NCBI GenBank assembly: GCA_008632985.1 | Contig: QPGO01000068.1 | Span: 1-64,000 of the forward strand | Origin: Psammoneis japonica | Lineage: Eukaryota | DNA: 64,000 bases | Reading direction: 5' to 3' | Part shown: piece by piece, positions 60,381 to 64,000 of the stretch | Layout of the letters: each line of letters opens with the position of its first letter | Numbering within the stretch: the stretch's first letter is position 1 | Translations under genes and position numbers: made by a program | Notes under the pieces: model-generated | What the model was told of the DNA's origin: nothing | The model's input: the letters and a program-made list of their open reading frames with translations, nothing else | Databases searched by the model: none

Positions 60381-63117
60381 TGAAAATTTCATTGCATGCA
60401 ATTGCAATGTTTGGCTTGTCGTCAAAGATCGTCAGTTGTTGTGAAAAAGGCAGAGCATGAAAATTAAAAAACATCTGTGTTCAAACATGAAGAACAGCAG
60501 GAGATTGATGATTGACCAAATGACAAAGACCATCATGTGCAGACAAGCAGATTTTACAATGCAGCAATGCATTTTTGTCATGTGTGCAGACATTGCCATG
60601 TCGTGCACTCTGATGTTCTTGGACACCCAGACAATTGGGCATGTCTTGTGTGACTTGACAGAAGTTCTTGGGTCCTGCCCATCTTCCACTCAGAACAAAC
60701 CTTGCATGAAACCCACATCCACATGACACAGTTGAGATGATGATCCATGAAGAACACCAAATTCAGGCCCACAACAGCAGCGCACATTCTTCAAGCAACA
60801 AAGAGCAAGCGCACACTTGACAGGAGCACCAGCACACATGAGGCCTTGGGAGCAGAAAAGAACCTGGCAACTTTGTGGGTGGCATGTGCAATGACCAGAT
60901 GACTGTTGGGCATGAGATGCATCAGCACACAGCAGCCACAGAAGGACAGCCATGGGGTTCATTAACAGGCACGAAGCTGTTAAAGTCATCACGCCAATGG
61001 GTCTGGGAAGGGCAGGAGCAGGTGTGGTCCATTGCAGCAGTCTTCCATCCTGGTGACATGCAATGCTTTCTCAATCAGGCCAGCTTGGGTCAGCAGAAAT
61101 TGGCCATCACTTGGACAGTTTTTGGATTTTGATGCCAGCAAAAAGTTGCCAACCTCACTGCCCTTGTCTCTCACAGATCACAGACATCATGGCCATGCTT
61201 CTTGTTGGAGACACCCAACTTGGGAGCTTCTGAGCTGGAGATTTTGCTGGCAAAAGCAGCACCCTTGTGTGGCACACACAACACACCCTTCTTAAAATGG
61301 AAACAAGGGTCAACATTGGACCAGACCCACAGCCAAGCTCAAGCAATCCATTGCACAGCTTCTCACAAAAGCACTTGGGTGCTGGTTGTTGGAGTCCACA
61401 CCACAAGACTTTCAGAAGCTTTGGTGGCAACAAAATGTGGAGGCCAGGCTTGTGGCAGTCAACCCATTGGCTGCATTGCCAAGCTTGAGGAGCCATCCTT
61501 CAGAGGGACTGACAGAGGCCAGGCAAAGTTGTTGACATCACAAAAGATGGCCCTCAAAGCACCAGCATCACAAACAGCTGCATGTGGTGCTGTGGTCATG
61601 TGCAAGACTCAACAAGGCTTGGGAGTTGGCAGCAAGGCCCTCATGCAAGAGTTGACCCACAGGAACCAGTGCAGAGAGGTGGGGGGTTGGATGAGCAGCA
61701 GTTCTGTCTACAGCCTCTCAAAAGAGGTGTTCAGGGACCTGCCAGATGCCAGCATCAACCAAGCAAAATTGGTGAACAGCTCACCAAAGCAGAGGCAGCC
61801 AGGTGACAACTCTTCAACTGGACATCACAACAGTGGACTTGCCTGTTTCTTGGCACAGTGGGTGGCCAAGGAGAAATCATCTGTTTTGTTTCCATCAAAG
61901 AAGGGGATGGTGTCCTTGAGAAAAAAGGTGAGCTGCACAATGACACGCAGACTGACAGGGCTTGGCATCCCAGAGCTGCTAGAGCTTCTTGCCAAGGCAA
62001 TGGTCAGAATTGCACATCACAAACTTGGCAAGTGCTTGGCAGCCCTCAATCTTTTTGCACTCACACAAACTGCTGCGAGGGTCTGAGATCCTTTCTGTTG
62101 CCCTTGCAAACCCTTGCAAAGTCTGTGAAATGGCATCTTACAAAAATGTCAGAAATGATGTGACTTTCTGATTTTTGACATCTCTGAGATTGCCCCTGGT
62201 TTTTCATTCATTGTGGTGAGAGCTGTGAGATGTGCAGATTCTTGCTGCAATTTTTTTCACCTCCACAGCAAAAGGCATGTTCTCACAAGCACTGGCAACA
62301 GCACTGACAGAAAATGCAAATGTTGGCCATGCTCATGCAAACTCGCCATGTTTTTTTTTGTCATTGTCTGCCAGAGGTTCTCAATGCATTGGTGGCAAGG
62401 AGACCAAGGGGGGGAGAGGCCAGAAGTTGTTGCTGTTTTGTGCTGGCACATCATTGATGGCATTGAACAAAGAGAATCATCACACAAGCACTCTCATGCA
62501 AGGTGCGCTCTTTGGGGCCTGTGCAACATGCTGAGTGCTTCCTTGCTCACAGGAGAATTTGCAGCTGTGTTTAGAGTGCCTCCCCACATGCCATGGAACA
62601 TCTGCAAACTGCATTGCACCCACATTTTAAGCCCACCAACAGAGTGAAAAGGTGAAAATTGGTTGCATGGGTGCTGCACAGCATTGTTTTTTGGGTGCTC
62701 TCATGTTTTCTTTTGGCGCGCATCACATGTGGTGTGTAGAGGGCACTTTGTTTGCTTTTTCAAAGCTTTTGTTGAAGCCAATGTTGGCACTGTTTTTGAT
62801 TTCCTGCTGCAGAGCCAGAGCTGCAATGCATGGCATGTCAACTTTTAAGAACCAAGAGCAGCCTTCCTGATTTGTGTTTGGGGTGCTCACACGGCACAGG
62901 AGCTCACATGCCAGGTGGCAACAAATGCAAGAATCCAATGTTGCTCATCAACCACAAGGGTTTTCCAGCCATCAATGTCCAAGTGCTTGAAAATGCAGCC
63001 CCAAACTGTCAAATGTTGGGCACCCAAGCACTGCAAGAAATGCTTGCCATGGCATTTCTTGGGAGCTGTGCTTGACAGCCAAAAGACAGGAGAATGAAAT
63101 CTGAGTCAAGTGTTGTG

Positions 63118-63720
63118 TCACAGAGGGGCACTGCTGCCCCTCATTGGATGAGGCTGATGATGGCTGTGGCAGGGCAAATTGGGTTGGGTCAGGCACTGGG
63201 CTTGCAGAGCATGAGCCTCACAAGGATGCCTTTGGCAGCTGTTGTCTGAACAAAGGCTGTCACAGCCAATTTCATTGAGTGCATGTGGGGCAATGTCCAC
63301 CAGAAGTTTGGATGTGTTTGTGTGCCTCCATTGTGCAGGTGCCCCATGGTGATTCAAGCACTTGTTCATCTGAACAATTTTGGGACACTGGCATTGTTGA
63401 TGACAATGAGCCACACCCCTCCAGTCAACACTGGACCAGATCAGTGCCAACAGGGTGAGCCACTTCTGCAGCAATGTCTTGTTCTTGCATGAATTGAGAA
63501 GGGAGCTGGTGGGATTTGGCAGGATCTCTGCACGAAGTCTTGCTTTTGTGCAGTGAAAAGAGTGCTCAATCCCAGAACACAAACCCTTGGCACAACAACT
63601 CATGGTGGCTGCCAAAATGAAATGATCAGAAGGTGTGTTTGCTTGGACAAGGCCTCCATTTGCTTCAACAACTTTGCCAAAAAAAAGGAACTTGGCACAC
63701 AGCTGTGGTGTTGCGCGCAC
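63118..63720 (-). mobile_element. Possible remnant of a non-LTR retrotransposon C-terminus
   Basis: IWSSVDW...KIVQMNKCLNH...C..C pattern weakly resembles the post-RT region of LINEs; heavily mutated. Confidence 0.25.
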
Positions 63721-64000
63721 ATGTCAATGCCAACTTAGATCTGCTTCTTGAGTTTTGAGGTGCAAAAACAACAGCAGTGATGTTGGAAAGCACTGGTTTT
63801 GCTTGTGGATGACAATGTTGTTGCCACTCTTGTCTCTGTTGCAAAACATGCAGTGCTTCTGGAGCAAACCAGGGTGGCCTTTTGGCAAAGGTGCTGGAGG
63901 GCTCTTTGTAGAGCAGAGGGTTGCTGAGAATCTCAATGACTCAAGAATCCTCTGCTGGGCTCCAGCTCTTGGAAGTGCTGAAGGGTTGCTTGTCAATGTG

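Noticed and set aside
27044..64000. Hundreds of overlapping 60-290 aa ORFs in all six frames
   Set aside because: Loss of TpA removes TAA/TAG stops; the translations are Cys/His-rich, Tyr-poor and motif-free, so most are artefacts
36600..64000. Classical fungal RIP
   Set aside because: RIP converts CpA to TpA and enriches TpA; here TpA is lost and CpA/TpG gained
36600..64000. Contaminant or foreign DNA with an intrinsically different composition
   Set aside because: The same signature occurs in blocks interleaved with host genes without gaps, and in a copy of a neighbouring host gene; read-level confirmation is still desirable

Overview
Eukaryotic DNA with short GT-AG introns; the gene families suggest a pennate diatom (inference). 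The window has two compartments. (1) A gene-dense part (about 1-27.1 kb, 29.8-33.3 kb and 35.4-36.6 kb) with normal dinucleotide usage. It holds succinyl-CoA ligase alpha, a glutaredoxin-DUF4395-SLAC1/TehA-hemerythrin fusion, a sulfotransferase split by a young Ty1/copia element (337-bp LTRs, 6-bp TSD), a Ubl-WLM protease, DPH4, a GPCR-like gene, a secreted beta-propeller, an RlmI-like methyltransferase, a Sen1/Upf1-like helicase and two members of one uncharacterised family. (2) Sharply bounded blocks (about 27.15-29.75 kb, 33.35-35.39 kb and 36.6-64 kb) of repeats and dead genes where TpA is almost absent, CpG is variably depleted and TpG/CpA dominate. A degenerate duplicate of the methyltransferase 5' end (34.66-35.39 kb versus 26.46-27.16 kb) shows the direction directly: TA->TG/CA as well as CG->TG/CA. 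This looks like repeat-targeted hypermutation of A in TpA, opposite in direction to fungal RIP, and is the main candidate novel system. Most of the hundreds of Cys/His-rich, Tyr-poor ORFs in the second half are by-products of this process. All dinucleotide statements come from visual reading, not computed counts.
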